A DNA stretch of 46,848 nucleotides from Desulfobacteria bacterium (GCA_041547605.1 JBFEUB010000001.1:1-46848), one strand, 5' to 3'. Counted from the first letter of the stretch, positions 9,818 through 18,017 are shown. A program made the numbers and translations. Notes: generated by a model from the letters alone, not told the origin.

Positions 9818-10962
9818 TTCCCGCGACCCTTCATCAACTCACGAAAGATGACGAGTTTTTGAACGTCCTGCGTTCCTTCACCCAGGGAAGAAGCCCAGGC
9901 GTCCATGGGAAACTTGTGGATGGGATGTTCGAGCATAACCGAGGCTGCGCCAAACAGATCGGCGGCCCATGTGGTGACTTCTCTAGCGGTCATGACCGAG
10001 AGATATTTCGCCAGTGACGAGTCCAAGCGGAAGTCCTGGCCTTGATCCATAGCCCAACAGGCTTTCCAGACCATAAGCCGAGCTGCTTCGATCTTGGCAT
10101 ATAGATCAGCCACTTCAAAACGTTTGGTGTCAAAATGGATCAGCTTTTTTCCGAAGATCTCTCGTTTCTCGGCATGTTCCAGGGCCATCTCAAAGGCACC
10201 AAGAGCCGTTCCCACGGTGAGAGCACTGATTGGGACCCTACTATGGGTGAAAATGGTGAGTACCTGTTGGAGTCCCCGCCCAGATTCTCCCAACAGATGA
10301 TCCTCGGGGATGAAGACATTTGTGAGTTGGATGCGGGTAAGATCCGAGGGTATCCATACCTGCTTGTTCAGCTTTTTTCTGCTTATGCCTTCTGCAGTGA
10401 GATCCACCAGGAACATGGAGAGCCGGCTGTTCTTTCGGGCTGCAGGGTCTGTGACCGCCGTGATGATGGCAAGGTCGCCTATGGCTCCGTTGGTAACGTA
10501 CGCTTTTGTTCCGTTGAGTAGCCAGCCACCATCTCCCTTTTCGGCCCTAGTGGACATGTTGGCTGCATCACTTCCGGCTTGGCGCTCTGAGTGTCCAAGA
10601 CACATCAGAGTCTCTCCATTGAGGACTGCCCGAGCATACAAGCCCTGAAGTCTCTTCGAGCCAAAGAGCCACAGCCCAATGAGTCCCAGAGCGACTTGGG
10701 CCAAGGCGGCCACGGCGACCCCAGGGGATAAGGCCGCCAGCTTTTCCATGATCATAGCTTCTCTCAGGGCGGTTTCCTTGACAAGGCGGCTATCTTGGAG
10801 GGTAAAACCGTACCACTCTCCTTGACCCATAGCGCGGAAAAAGGATCTCGGAACAGCGCCGTCTTTGAACCAAGCCGCCACCTCGGGAGCAACATGCTTG
10901 CTCAGAAAGTCATCGAAACGGCCCATCTCTTGGGACAGCTTCTCGGGGATCTTGAAATCCAT
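9814..10962 (-). CDS. Acyl-CoA dehydrogenase
   Basis: 382 aa with the ACAD family layout and a C-terminal ...GEGTQDVQKLVIFREL segment typical of ACADs. Confidence 0.85.
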   Translation of the reverse strand: MDFKIPEKLSQEMGRFDDFLSKHVAPEVAAWFKDGAVPRSFFRAMGQGEWYGFTLQDSRLVKETALREAMIMEKLAALSPGVAVAALAQVALGLIGLWLFGSKRLQGLYARAVLNGETLMCLGHSERQAGSDAANMSTRAEKGDGGWLLNGTKAYVTNGAIGDLAIITAVTDPAARKNSRLSMFLVDLTAEGISRKKLNKQVWIPSDLTRIQLTNVFIPEDHLLGESGRGLQQVLTIFTHSRVPISALTVGTALGAFEMALEHAEKREIFGKKLIHFDTKRFEVADLYAKIEAARLMVWKACWAMDQGQDFRLDSSLAKYLSVMTAREVTTWAADLFGAASVMLEHPIHKFPMDAWASSLGEGTQDVQKLVIFRELMKGRGN

Positions 10963-10992
10963 GACGCCTCCGTGTTGAAGTAAAAAGTGTCC

Positions 10993-11311
10993 GGGCTGTT
11001 GCCCAAATCGCTCTCTTGAAGATGTTGCTCATGTTGCACAGATTTGTCGCCGCCAGGGGGACATCCTTTTTGAGGTAGGTCAATCCTCATCCTGCTCGTC
11101 AGTGGCAGATGGTATCGAACGTCAAGAACCAGGCAAACGCAAACGTTGCATACAAGCTGCAAAGCCTATTGTAAATATCCCCCAAGGACCGTATGTCGAA
11201 TATGGGTGCCGTTGAAGGGCCTGTCAGGCCATATCAGTGGCCTGACCTCAAAAAGGATTCCACCTGGCGGTTCGCTGAATGGTTTCTGGACAGCTATTTG
11301 GGCACCAGCCC
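10993..11311. repeat. Family-1 nested-palindrome repeat, copy 2, with core inverted relative to arms
   Basis: The order here is arm B (reverse complement), core in the same orientation as copy 1 (11050-11270), then arm A (reverse complement) ending in ...CAGCTATTTGGGCACCAGCCC at 11311. Confidence 0.9.
11147..11175 (-). promoter_or_regulatory. Candidate sigma70-type promoter inside the family-1 core, firing toward the acyl-CoA dehydrogenase gene
   Basis: Minus strand reads TTTACA (11175-11170), a 17 nt spacer, then TATGCA (11152-11147). Confidence 0.45.
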
Positions 11312-11317
11312 GTCTAT

Positions 11318-11788
11318 CTATGATGGCACAGGACCGAGACGAAAGATCCCAATGGCCCTCTCAGGCTCGATCCGGTAACGGCTTCCTTTTCCTTGGAAGA
11401 AACCGTGTTTCTTGATGAGATGGATGCCGAGGCTCGTAATGATGATAGTGTGGCCACCCTCTTCGTCCTTCACAACGGCTTCTCCCTTTTCAAATACACC
11501 ATCCCCTCGGAACGGTGATGGAACGCGTCCCATCGATTCTTTGAACACCGCCGTGACGCCCGGACGGATCACAACTCGTCCTCCAAGGGCCTGCTTCGCC
11601 ATCTCATAAGCGTCTGTCAATGCCGCTACGAGGTCCTCTTTGGAGACCCGTTTTTGCTCAAGACTGCGCAAATCTTCGCTGACTATCTCATCAAAGGGCC
11701 GAGTGTCTGAGCCCAAAAAACCTTCTGCAGAAAACTTGGAGGGGCCAAGATTGCGCATCAGATTTTGCTCGGCTGGTGACTGCTTCAT
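11318..11788 (-). CDS. Hypothetical protein, 156 aa, immediately downstream of nqrF
   Basis: Intact ORF on the same strand, 76 bp after the nqrF stop. I recognise no family. Confidence 0.5.
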   Translation of the reverse strand: MKQSPAEQNLMRNLGPSKFSAEGFLGSDTRPFDEIVSEDLRSLEQKRVSKEDLVAALTDAYEMAKQALGGRVVIRPGVTAVFKESMGRVPSPFRGDGVFEKGEAVVKDEEGGHTIIITSLGIHLIKKHGFFQGKGSRYRIEPERAIGIFRLGPVPS

Positions 11789-11864
11789 AGACGATTTACC
11801 TATGCATCACAAAAGCGAGCGGATTCCCTGTTCCGATTTTTTTCAGGACTGCAGGGAGCTTCAA

Positions 11865-12980
11865 TCATGCAAATTTGTCGAAGAAAATACAGGTCTCGGG
11901 CATTTCCGCTTCTGTTAACACGGCGATGCAGGCATTGATCATGCCTGGAGAACCGCAAAGGTAACCCTCATGCTTAGAGACATCAGGGAAGTATTTGGCA
12001 ACGACATCGGTGATCAAGCCTCGTTCACCTTTCCAGTCGGAATCCTCCGGTTCATTCGACAGGGCCGGCACAAAGGTGAACCATGGCAGTTCTTCCTCCA
12101 GCTTGGTCAGCTCATCCACAAAGAAAAGGTCTTTCTGAGTGAGGGCACCAAAAAAGAACGTCGTGGGCCGTTCTATGCCCTTTTCCTTCATGTCTCTAAT
12201 CATGCTCCAGATGGGGGCCATGCCACTGCCCCCAGCGATAAAGACAATTGGGGCGTCGGTGTCTGTGAGACAAAATTGTCCATAAGGGCCAGACAGGCTG
12301 ATCCTTTGACCTTCTTCGAGATAGTCAAAGATCCAGGTTGTCATGATGCCGTTGGGGACCTTTCGGATGATTAGTTCGATATGGTGCTTGTCCGACGGGG
12401 GAGAGGACATGGAATAGGCCCGCATCACGGCGTCCCGGCCCTTGTATTCCGCAGACTCCAGTTGCACGTATTGGCCAGCCACGAAATCCATGGTGTCTGG
12501 CTCCTCCAGTTTAATACGCAATTCAACAATGTCGTACGTCAGGGAACGTTTTCTTTCTAAAAGGCCGTTGTATCTTTTTACGAGGAAGAGTTCTTCCGGA
12601 ATAATGATCCTCAGGTCACTCCGGACCTTGACCTGGCATGAGAGTCGGGTGTGGTCCTGCTGTTCTTCTGGTGAAAGGTATGGCGCTTCAACAGGACCGA
12701 TGGGGCCACCGCCCTCTATCACCTTCACCTTGCAATAGGCACAGCTGCCACGTCCTCCGCAAGCAGAGGGAATAAATATATCATTTTCCGCAAGGTTGAA
12801 TAGCAGGAAGGCGCCTCCCTTCACTGAAAGCTCCTTCTGTCCGTCGTTAATCGATATCTTACAGCTACCGTAATTGAGGATCTTTCTTTCCGCCAGGATG
12901 AGAAAAGCGGAAAGGACAAGACCGGTTCCCGATAGGAAGGCGACAGCTAGAGCCATAGATAAGAGTAGTTCCCCGGTCAT
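11865..12980 (-). CDS. nqrF: NqrF-like subunit (N-terminal TM helix, 2Fe-2S ferredoxin domain, FAD/NADH-binding domain)
   Basis: 371 aa with a hydrophobic N-terminus, the CGGRGSCAYC 2Fe-2S motif, the RAYSMSS FAD motif and the GGSGMAP NAD(H) motif. Confidence 0.85.
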   Translation of the reverse strand: MTGELLLSMALAVAFLSGTGLVLSAFLILAERKILNYGSCKISINDGQKELSVKGGAFLLFNLAENDIFIPSACGGRGSCAYCKVKVIEGGGPIGPVEAPYLSPEEQQDHTRLSCQVKVRSDLRIIIPEELFLVKRYNGLLERKRSLTYDIVELRIKLEEPDTMDFVAGQYVQLESAEYKGRDAVMRAYSMSSPPSDKHHIELIIRKVPNGIMTTWIFDYLEEGQRISLSGPYGQFCLTDTDAPIVFIAGGSGMAPIWSMIRDMKEKGIERPTTFFFGALTQKDLFFVDELTKLEEELPWFTFVPALSNEPEDSDWKGERGLITDVVAKYFPDVSKHEGYLCGSPGMINACIAVLTEAEMPETCIFFDKFA

Positions 12981-13302
12981 TGTAAAATCTCAACAGGCCT
13001 TGCAATAGTTTCTATCGGAGACCTTTGCATAACCCTTCTCACTTCGTTACATGAGCTTTTTGACCCATCTACAGGCGTGCTTACTACATCCTATCACGTA
13101 GTGCCTCTTTTTAAGCCGTCAGGCGCCACCTTTGCGCTAAACTCGGCCTGCCGGCCTCAAAAAGTTTAGGATTTGCCCACTGACGTTGGCCGTTCACTTC
13201 GCGCGGATGGGTTACGCCAAAGACCTCACGAGGGGCGTTCCAAGGAGTTATGCAATCTCCTAAACAGCATTCCTTGAGGTCTCATCCTTTGGGCATGTTC
13301 CA

Positions 13303-13911
13303 TCAAACTTTAATCATTCCCGAAAACCCAACAAAGGCAAGGGACATAATACCAATGATAATCAATGTGATGCCGGGTCCTGCCAGCCCGTTGGGAAGGG
13401 CCGACTCGCTTATTTTTTCCCGGATACCGCCGATCATGGTGATCGCAAGAAACCACCCAAAACCTCCACCGAGGCCAAAGGCAAACGTCTGAAAAAATCC
13501 GTAAGGCTTGTTAAGCATAAAGAGTGACACACCCAGGATGGCACAGTTTACCGTGATCAAGGGCAGGAATATCCCAAGCGCAAAGTAAAGCTTTAGCGAG
13601 ATTCGTTCCACCACCATTTCGACCAGCTGGACGAAAGCCGCAATGACGATGATAAAAGTGATCAGTCGCAGATATTCTAGCCTCAAGGGAACGAGGAGGT
13701 ATACATAGACCAGATGATTGAGCGCTGCTGTGGAGGCAGTGACAAAGATAACTGCAAGGCCAAGTCCCACACTCGTATCGACCTTTTTAGAGACTCCAAG
13801 GCAGGAGCACATACCCAGAAACCGGGAGAGTAGAATATTGTCCGTAAAGGCTGCTGATATAAAGATCAGCATGATCGATGCGAGCGGTCCCACCTGCTGC
13901 ATTTGTTCCAT
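13303..13911 (-). CDS. nqrE: NqrE/RnfA-family membrane subunit
   Basis: 202 aa polytopic protein with DNILLSRFLGMCSCLGVS and ITVNCAILGV conserved-Cys segments. Confidence 0.85.
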   Translation of the reverse strand: MEQMQQVGPLASIMLIFISAAFTDNILLSRFLGMCSCLGVSKKVDTSVGLGLAVIFVTASTAALNHLVYVYLLVPLRLEYLRLITFIIVIAAFVQLVEMVVERISLKLYFALGIFLPLITVNCAILGVSLFMLNKPYGFFQTFAFGLGGGFGWFLAITMIGGIREKISESALPNGLAGPGITLIIIGIMSLAFVGFSGMIKV

Positions 13912-13920
13912 ACTTGCTCC

Positions 13921-14535
13921 CTACTGCCTCTCAGCTGTTTGGGAAGAGACATTTCTCGCAATCCATGTGACTATGGCCAGCATGAAAAAGGCCCCTGGAG
14001 GCATCACCATGATGGTCCAGGGGTGCCACCACAAGTCTATGGCCGGGAGGGGGTACCCAAGAAATGTTCCAAATCCCAGAGGCTCCCGGATACACGCGAT
14101 AGAGATAAGGATGAAGGAATACCCCAAACCGCAGGCCATGCCGTCCAGGAGCGATGCCCAAGGTTTGTTCTGGCTTGCAAAGGCCTCGGCGCGTCCCATA
14201 ATAATGCAGTTTGTGATGATGAGTCCCACATAAGGCCCGATGAATCGGTGAATGTCGGGGGCAAAGGCCTTGATAATGATGTCCACCATCATCACATAGC
14301 TGGCAATGATTAGCACCTGGACGATCAACCGGATACGTGGGGGGATGTAGTTTCTGAGTAAAGAAATGGTCAGGTTTGAGAGAGAAGTGACGAAGACCAC
14401 GCCGAAACACATAAAGAGGGTATTGGCCAGGAGATTGGTCACGGCCAGGGCAGAACAAATACCCAACACCTGACGAAAAATCGGATTGTCATCCCACACA
14501 CCTCTGGTAAGAATTTTTGGTGCTGTTTCTGCCAT
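13921..14535 (-). CDS. nqrD: NqrD/RnfE-family membrane subunit
   Basis: 204 aa with DDNPIFRQVLGICSALAVTN and ITNCIIMGRAEAFA segments. Confidence 0.85.
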   Translation of the reverse strand: MAETAPKILTRGVWDDNPIFRQVLGICSALAVTNLLANTLFMCFGVVFVTSLSNLTISLLRNYIPPRIRLIVQVLIIASYVMMVDIIIKAFAPDIHRFIGPYVGLIITNCIIMGRAEAFASQNKPWASLLDGMACGLGYSFILISIACIREPLGFGTFLGYPLPAIDLWWHPWTIMVMPPGAFFMLAIVTWIARNVSSQTAERQ

Positions 14536-14542
14536 GCCCTGT

Positions 14543-15181
14543 CTATGTTACTTTCTTATCCGTATAGGCCCTTCTGAATGATTCCAGTTCTGCGTTCAAG
14601 GACTTCATCAAGGCTATGGACGTCTGGGAAGCACCCGTAATGGCATCCACGCGGTTCTTTGCGTCCGGATCGGCAGGTCCACCGATGATAATCCTTCCGG
14701 CAGGCGGCTCGTTCCAAGCGACTCGAAGTCCTTTGAATTGATCCGTAAACCATGCCTCTTCAATGCGCGCTCCCAGGCCGGGGGTTTCCTCGTGCTCCAG
14801 AAATTGGATGTTCACCATGGTTTGAAGGTCTTCGGAAAAGACGGCTATGCCTTTGATAGGCCCCCAAAAACCATAACCGGTGAAAATGAATCCAACACGA
14901 TTCTGCATCGGGGCTTTTGTTGTAAAGACCTCAAGGGTTCGCCCTTTATGAGCGATTTTTTCGATGGTTATGAAATGGTCCACGGCCTCCTGAAAGGCTT
15001 CAGGGGAGTCCTCAGCGACCTCCAACAAGAATGCGTGACTCAGTGTTCGGTTCTTGTTGAGTGTTTCGTTCTTAGCCAAGGTATCCAGTGTGGCGTGGTG
15101 CACGGCAGAAAGGCCGACACCAAAGGTCACACTGATGGCCATCATAAAGAGAAGCACGTAGATTGGTGAGGACTTGTTCAT
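14543..15181 (-). CDS. nqrC: NqrC/RnfG-family FMN-binding subunit
   Basis: 212 aa with an N-terminal TM anchor and the flavinylation-type motif DAITGASQTS. Its start overlaps the nqrB stop (ATGA). Confidence 0.8.
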   Translation of the reverse strand: MNKSSPIYVLLFMMAISVTFGVGLSAVHHATLDTLAKNETLNKNRTLSHAFLLEVAEDSPEAFQEAVDHFITIEKIAHKGRTLEVFTTKAPMQNRVGFIFTGYGFWGPIKGIAVFSEDLQTMVNIQFLEHEETPGLGARIEEAWFTDQFKGLRVAWNEPPAGRIIIGGPADPDAKNRVDAITGASQTSIALMKSLNAELESFRRAYTDKKVT

Positions 15182-16218
15182 GAGACGTCACTCGCAGTTT
15201 TTGCGATTTTCATACGCTTTATCCATAGATCAAGGGATGGCGCAAGCATGTTGCCCAGGAGGATAGAAAAAGCCACACCGCCTGCAAAGATCCCCTTGTA
15301 GCGAAAAAACACGATCATCGCCCCGATGAATATCCCGTAGATCCACTGAGAAAGCGGAAGATTCGGTGCACTGACCGGATCGGTGACCATGAATACGGCT
15401 GCATATATGAGGGCGCCGGAAAACATGGTAAAGAGAGGGGGAGGGACCCCTTCCAGGCCCATCCCGGTACGAAGGAACACGCTGAGCCCGGCGGCACCAA
15501 TGAATGGTGAAGCCACGAGACGCCACTGCGCCGTCTTGGTAACAAGCAGGTACAGTGCGCTGATCAAAATGACGATGGCACACACCTCTCCAGCAGACCC
15601 CGCTGCAAGGACGCGGAAGGTGCCGTCCGAGGAAAAAACGCCACCGATATTGCCCACAACCAGATGGATCGTATCGGTCACGTATCCGAAATCCCGCATT
15701 GCCCACATGGGGGTGGCTGCTGTGATGGCGTCCGCCACAGTGAGTCCTGCTTGCGTCAAAAAAACCGGGACGGGCTTTGAACCTGTAAAACACCAGGCCC
15801 CAAAGCCTCCTGGAAATCCCGAGAAAACCGGTACGAATCGGGCAGTCAGTTCGATAGGGAAACACACGTACACAAAAGCACGGCCCACGATAGCAGGATT
15901 GAAGACATTCCTGCCAAAACCTCCAAAGGCTTCCTTCCCGAAAAGAATGGCTACTATGGCTCCCACGGCAACGATCCAAAAAGGGATCGTAGGCGGGAGG
16001 GAGAGGCCATAGAGTCCAGCTGTCACAAAGCAAGCATAGCTGACCTTGCCCTTTCTCTTTGCTGCCATGGCCCATTCAGTGACAAAACAGAAAACCACAG
16101 AAACGGCAAGGATTGCGGCGACCCGCCATCCAAAATAGTACACAGCAGACAGTCCGACGGGCACTAGCGCGTAAAGGACTCTGAGCATAATTTTCTGCTT
16201 CAGAAAGTTCGGTTTCAT
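15178..16218 (-). CDS. nqrB: NqrB/RnfD-family membrane subunit
   Basis: 346 aa with FGGFGRNVFNPA, the flavinylation-type DAITAATP motif and GSAGEV. Confidence 0.85.
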   Translation of the reverse strand: MKPNFLKQKIMLRVLYALVPVGLSAVYYFGWRVAAILAVSVVFCFVTEWAMAAKRKGKVSYACFVTAGLYGLSLPPTIPFWIVAVGAIVAILFGKEAFGGFGRNVFNPAIVGRAFVYVCFPIELTARFVPVFSGFPGGFGAWCFTGSKPVPVFLTQAGLTVADAITAATPMWAMRDFGYVTDTIHLVVGNIGGVFSSDGTFRVLAAGSAGEVCAIVILISALYLLVTKTAQWRLVASPFIGAAGLSVFLRTGMGLEGVPPPLFTMFSGALIYAAVFMVTDPVSAPNLPLSQWIYGIFIGAMIVFFRYKGIFAGGVAFSILLGNMLAPSLDLWIKRMKIAKTASDVS

Positions 16219-16713
16219 CGGGCCTTGTGTGTTCTAACAGGCAAATTTCGCTTTCAATGCATTGGCGTCAACTCTCACGAATACCTTGAGATTCTTCAAC
16301 CATGGGAGATTTGAACGGCAAGAGCGAGTGGTTTTTCAGCAGCTTGCTGCAGGGGATCTTCATTGCCTTCCTGAGAGCCAAAATGGAAAAAGCGCGGTCA
16401 TGACCGGGTCGCCAGTGCCCACACGTCGCTGGTTCAGCACTTTTACAAGACTTCCATGCCACTACAAGAGGACGCAGATTGATGCCACAATATAACTTTT
16501 CCACCCAGAGTCAAGCAAGAACTCCCATGGAAACCTTTGAGGAGACAAGGAAAAGCCCTCATGAAAAGAACCTTCACGAAGGCTTTGTTGCGCCGCCCTT
16601 ATTGACCCGGCGCTGTGCCGTTGCCGAAGCATCGTCTGACAAGGGGATTCTAAAGGAGGCGTTTGAGCGAAATTTTTGGGCTCAGTCGACTGAAACCACG
16701 GGTCGAGGTATTT

Positions 16714-17097
16714 CTATGTGACCTTTTCAAGTAACATCAGAGACTTGTTTATGTGATGCACCTTGGTTTGCTGATTTACATCTAATCCATAGTCTCCCGA
16801 TAGGCGAAAAACGCCCCATTTTTTCGTCTTCATTCCTTTTTCTATGATGTACTCCCACGCATCCTGTGGTGTCTTAAATGCCTCCCCCGCAGGAAACAGA
16901 CCCCAAAACATGGGGCCAAGTTTGATCAGGTGCTTGCCACTTGAGAGTACCTCCGAACAATCTTTGCGGGCTATGGTATAAATCGGTTCTTTCACCCTTT
17001 TTCGGACAGTTGCATTCGCCGCCGTGTGGAATTCCATAGCTGCAGCAATTAGCAATAAGGAGACCAAGATTGGGACCAATACCTTGTTCTTTTTCAT
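16714..17097 (-). CDS. Hypothetical exported or membrane-anchored protein
   Basis: The start is set at MKKNKVLVPILVSLLLIAAA (signal/anchor-like), preceded by GAGGAGGTA. The track ORF extends to 17154, into the repeat fragment. Confidence 0.55.
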   Translation of the reverse strand: MKKNKVLVPILVSLLLIAAAMEFHTAANATVRKRVKEPIYTIARKDCSEVLSSGKHLIKLGPMFWGLFPAGEAFKTPQDAWEYIIEKGMKTKKWGVFRLSGDYGLDVNQQTKVHHINKSLMLLEKVT

Positions 17098-17118
17098 TCT
17101 TACCTCCTCTGCACATGA

Positions 17119-17228
17119 TGGGCCTGTCAGGCCATATAAGTGAACTGAACTCAAAAAGCATGTCCGCCTGGGGCAACAAAGCTGCGCAACACGAGCAACA
17201 TCTTCAAGAGAGCGGTTTGGTCAACAGC
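17119..17228 (+). repeat. Family-1 repeat, partial copy (right end of core plus arm B)
   Basis: TGGGCCTGTCAGGCCATATAAGTGAACTGAACTCAAAAAGCATGTCCGCCTGGGGCAACAAAGCTGCGCAACACGAGCAACATCTTCAAGAG... aligns with 3134-3232 of copy 1. Confidence 0.8.
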
Positions 17229-17478
17229 ACATGGCCCCGACCTGTTCCTCTATCTCTTGCGTACACGCAACCCGTTCCTTCTCTGGCACATCTATATTGA
17301 TTGTGTCTGTCGCTAAGTCCATTTCAATGGTTCCGCCGTGTTTCTCCACAATGGACCGAATGAGGTACAGGGCTGTGGCACGGAGTTCCGTCTTCCGGCC
17401 TCTTGACAGTTGTTGACGCATGATGTCCTCCCCGTGTTTGACTGATTCAGCCCCCGCCTTTGTCATACCTATCGTCAT
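17221..17478 (-). CDS. Hypothetical 85 aa ORF; weak coding evidence
   Basis: Open frame with no convincing RBS. The internal LIRSIVEKHGGTIEMD faintly resembles the G-box region of a histidine kinase ATPase domain. The 3' end overlaps the repeat fragment. Confidence 0.3.
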   Translation of the reverse strand: MTIGMTKAGAESVKHGEDIMRQQLSRGRKTELRATALYLIRSIVEKHGGTIEMDLATDTINIDVPEKERVACTQEIEEQVGAMCC

Positions 17479-17756
17479 ATTCAGGGGATCGCTTTATCAG
17501 GGGAAGACCCTATTTTAGGTTAGGGAAACACGTATTTGATGGGGGGAAGAATACGTTTTTGATGCCGTACCAGCAAAACGGCTGGTGGCCACGTGCTTTC
17601 CGTCTCCAACAAAGGAAACGACTTGCAACGCCTCCATGGGGCGTCAGACGCATTTTTGAGATAGCTTCTATTGTCGCCAAACTCTGCGCGAAATTGTCCG
17701 TCCACTCGGCAGTGTCACATTATACAAAAATGGGGTTATGAAATGAGGAGGGGCAG

Positions 17757-17828
17757 ATGTCTAACAAGGTCCGCGTTGGCTTTTGGAAGAAAGTCACGTG
17801 CTCGATTTGTGTGACATTGCTTGCGTGA
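17757..17828 (+). CDS. Candidate 23 aa small ORF (MSNKVRVGFWKKVTCSICVTLLA)
   Basis: The ATG is preceded by a strong GAGGAGGGG Shine-Dalgarno at 4-5 nt spacing. It is too short for the ORF track and nothing else supports it. Confidence 0.25.
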   Translation: MSNKVRVGFWKKVTCSICVTLLA

Positions 17829-17898
17829 ACCGGCGGGACACGAAATGTAATGACAGCGCTTCCTTTTCGGTTTGGGCCCTGTGCCCCACACTTTGGCC

Positions 17899-17927
17899 TT
17901 GACTTTTTTCAGTCTTGATGGTATGTA
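17899..17927 (+). promoter_or_regulatory. Candidate sigma70 promoter with extended -10
   Basis: TTGACT (17899-17904), a 17 nt spacer ending in TGG, then TATGTA (17922-17927). Confidence 0.45.
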
Positions 17928-17933
17928 GGTAAA

Positions 17934-18012
17934 TACAAGTCAAAATGGCTGTTGGTGTTTCATCCTATGCCTCTGAGGGTTGCGGGTAATCCCTTCCTTC
18001 GGAGGCTTTTCT
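17934..18012 (+). ncRNA. Candidate small RNA 1 (about 80 nt), unknown family
   Basis: It lies downstream of the 17899 promoter. It ends in the hairpin GCCTCTGAGGG...CCCTTCCTTCGGAGGC (17969-18006) followed by TTTTCTTGTT. There is no long ORF and no SD for the 14-codon reading frame inside. Confidence 0.35.
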
Positions 18013-18017
18013 TGTTC

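Noticed and set aside
11285-11305. Sigma-54-like motif in arm A of the repeat (CTGGACAGCTATTTGGGCA), and a TGGCGA-N6-TTGTGCA string near 46822-46842.
   Set aside because: Both deviate from TGGCAC-N5-TTGC in the critical -24 and -12 positions or in spacing. The arm A motif faces away from any gene in copy 2 and is further degraded in copy 3.
13230-13304. 24-codon ORF overlapping the nqrE stop (TGATG) in the nqrE-nqrF spacer.
   Set aside because: It is highly basic, has no motif, and coincides with the stem-loop structure. A chance ORF is more likely than an NqrM-like peptide.
15230-16075. Long alternative-frame and antisense ORFs inside confident genes. Examples: 15230-16075 (281 aa) and 15383-16012 within nqrB, 5349-6170 and 5542-6012 opposite E2, 7572-8204 opposite E1alpha, 3095-3619 opposite lpdA, 27719-28384 and 28643-29266 opposite mvhG/mvhA, and 13931-14458 within nqrD.
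   Set aside because: Each lies wholly within or opposite a gene with clear family motifs. Their compositions are low-complexity and rich in Arg, Pro, Ser and Gly, as expected from off-frame translation. None has a recognisable motif or RBS.
17946-17990. 14-codon reading frame (MAVGVSSYASEGCG) inside candidate sRNA 1.
   Set aside because: No Shine-Dalgarno precedes the ATG, and the stop lies inside the terminator hairpin. It is most likely non-coding.
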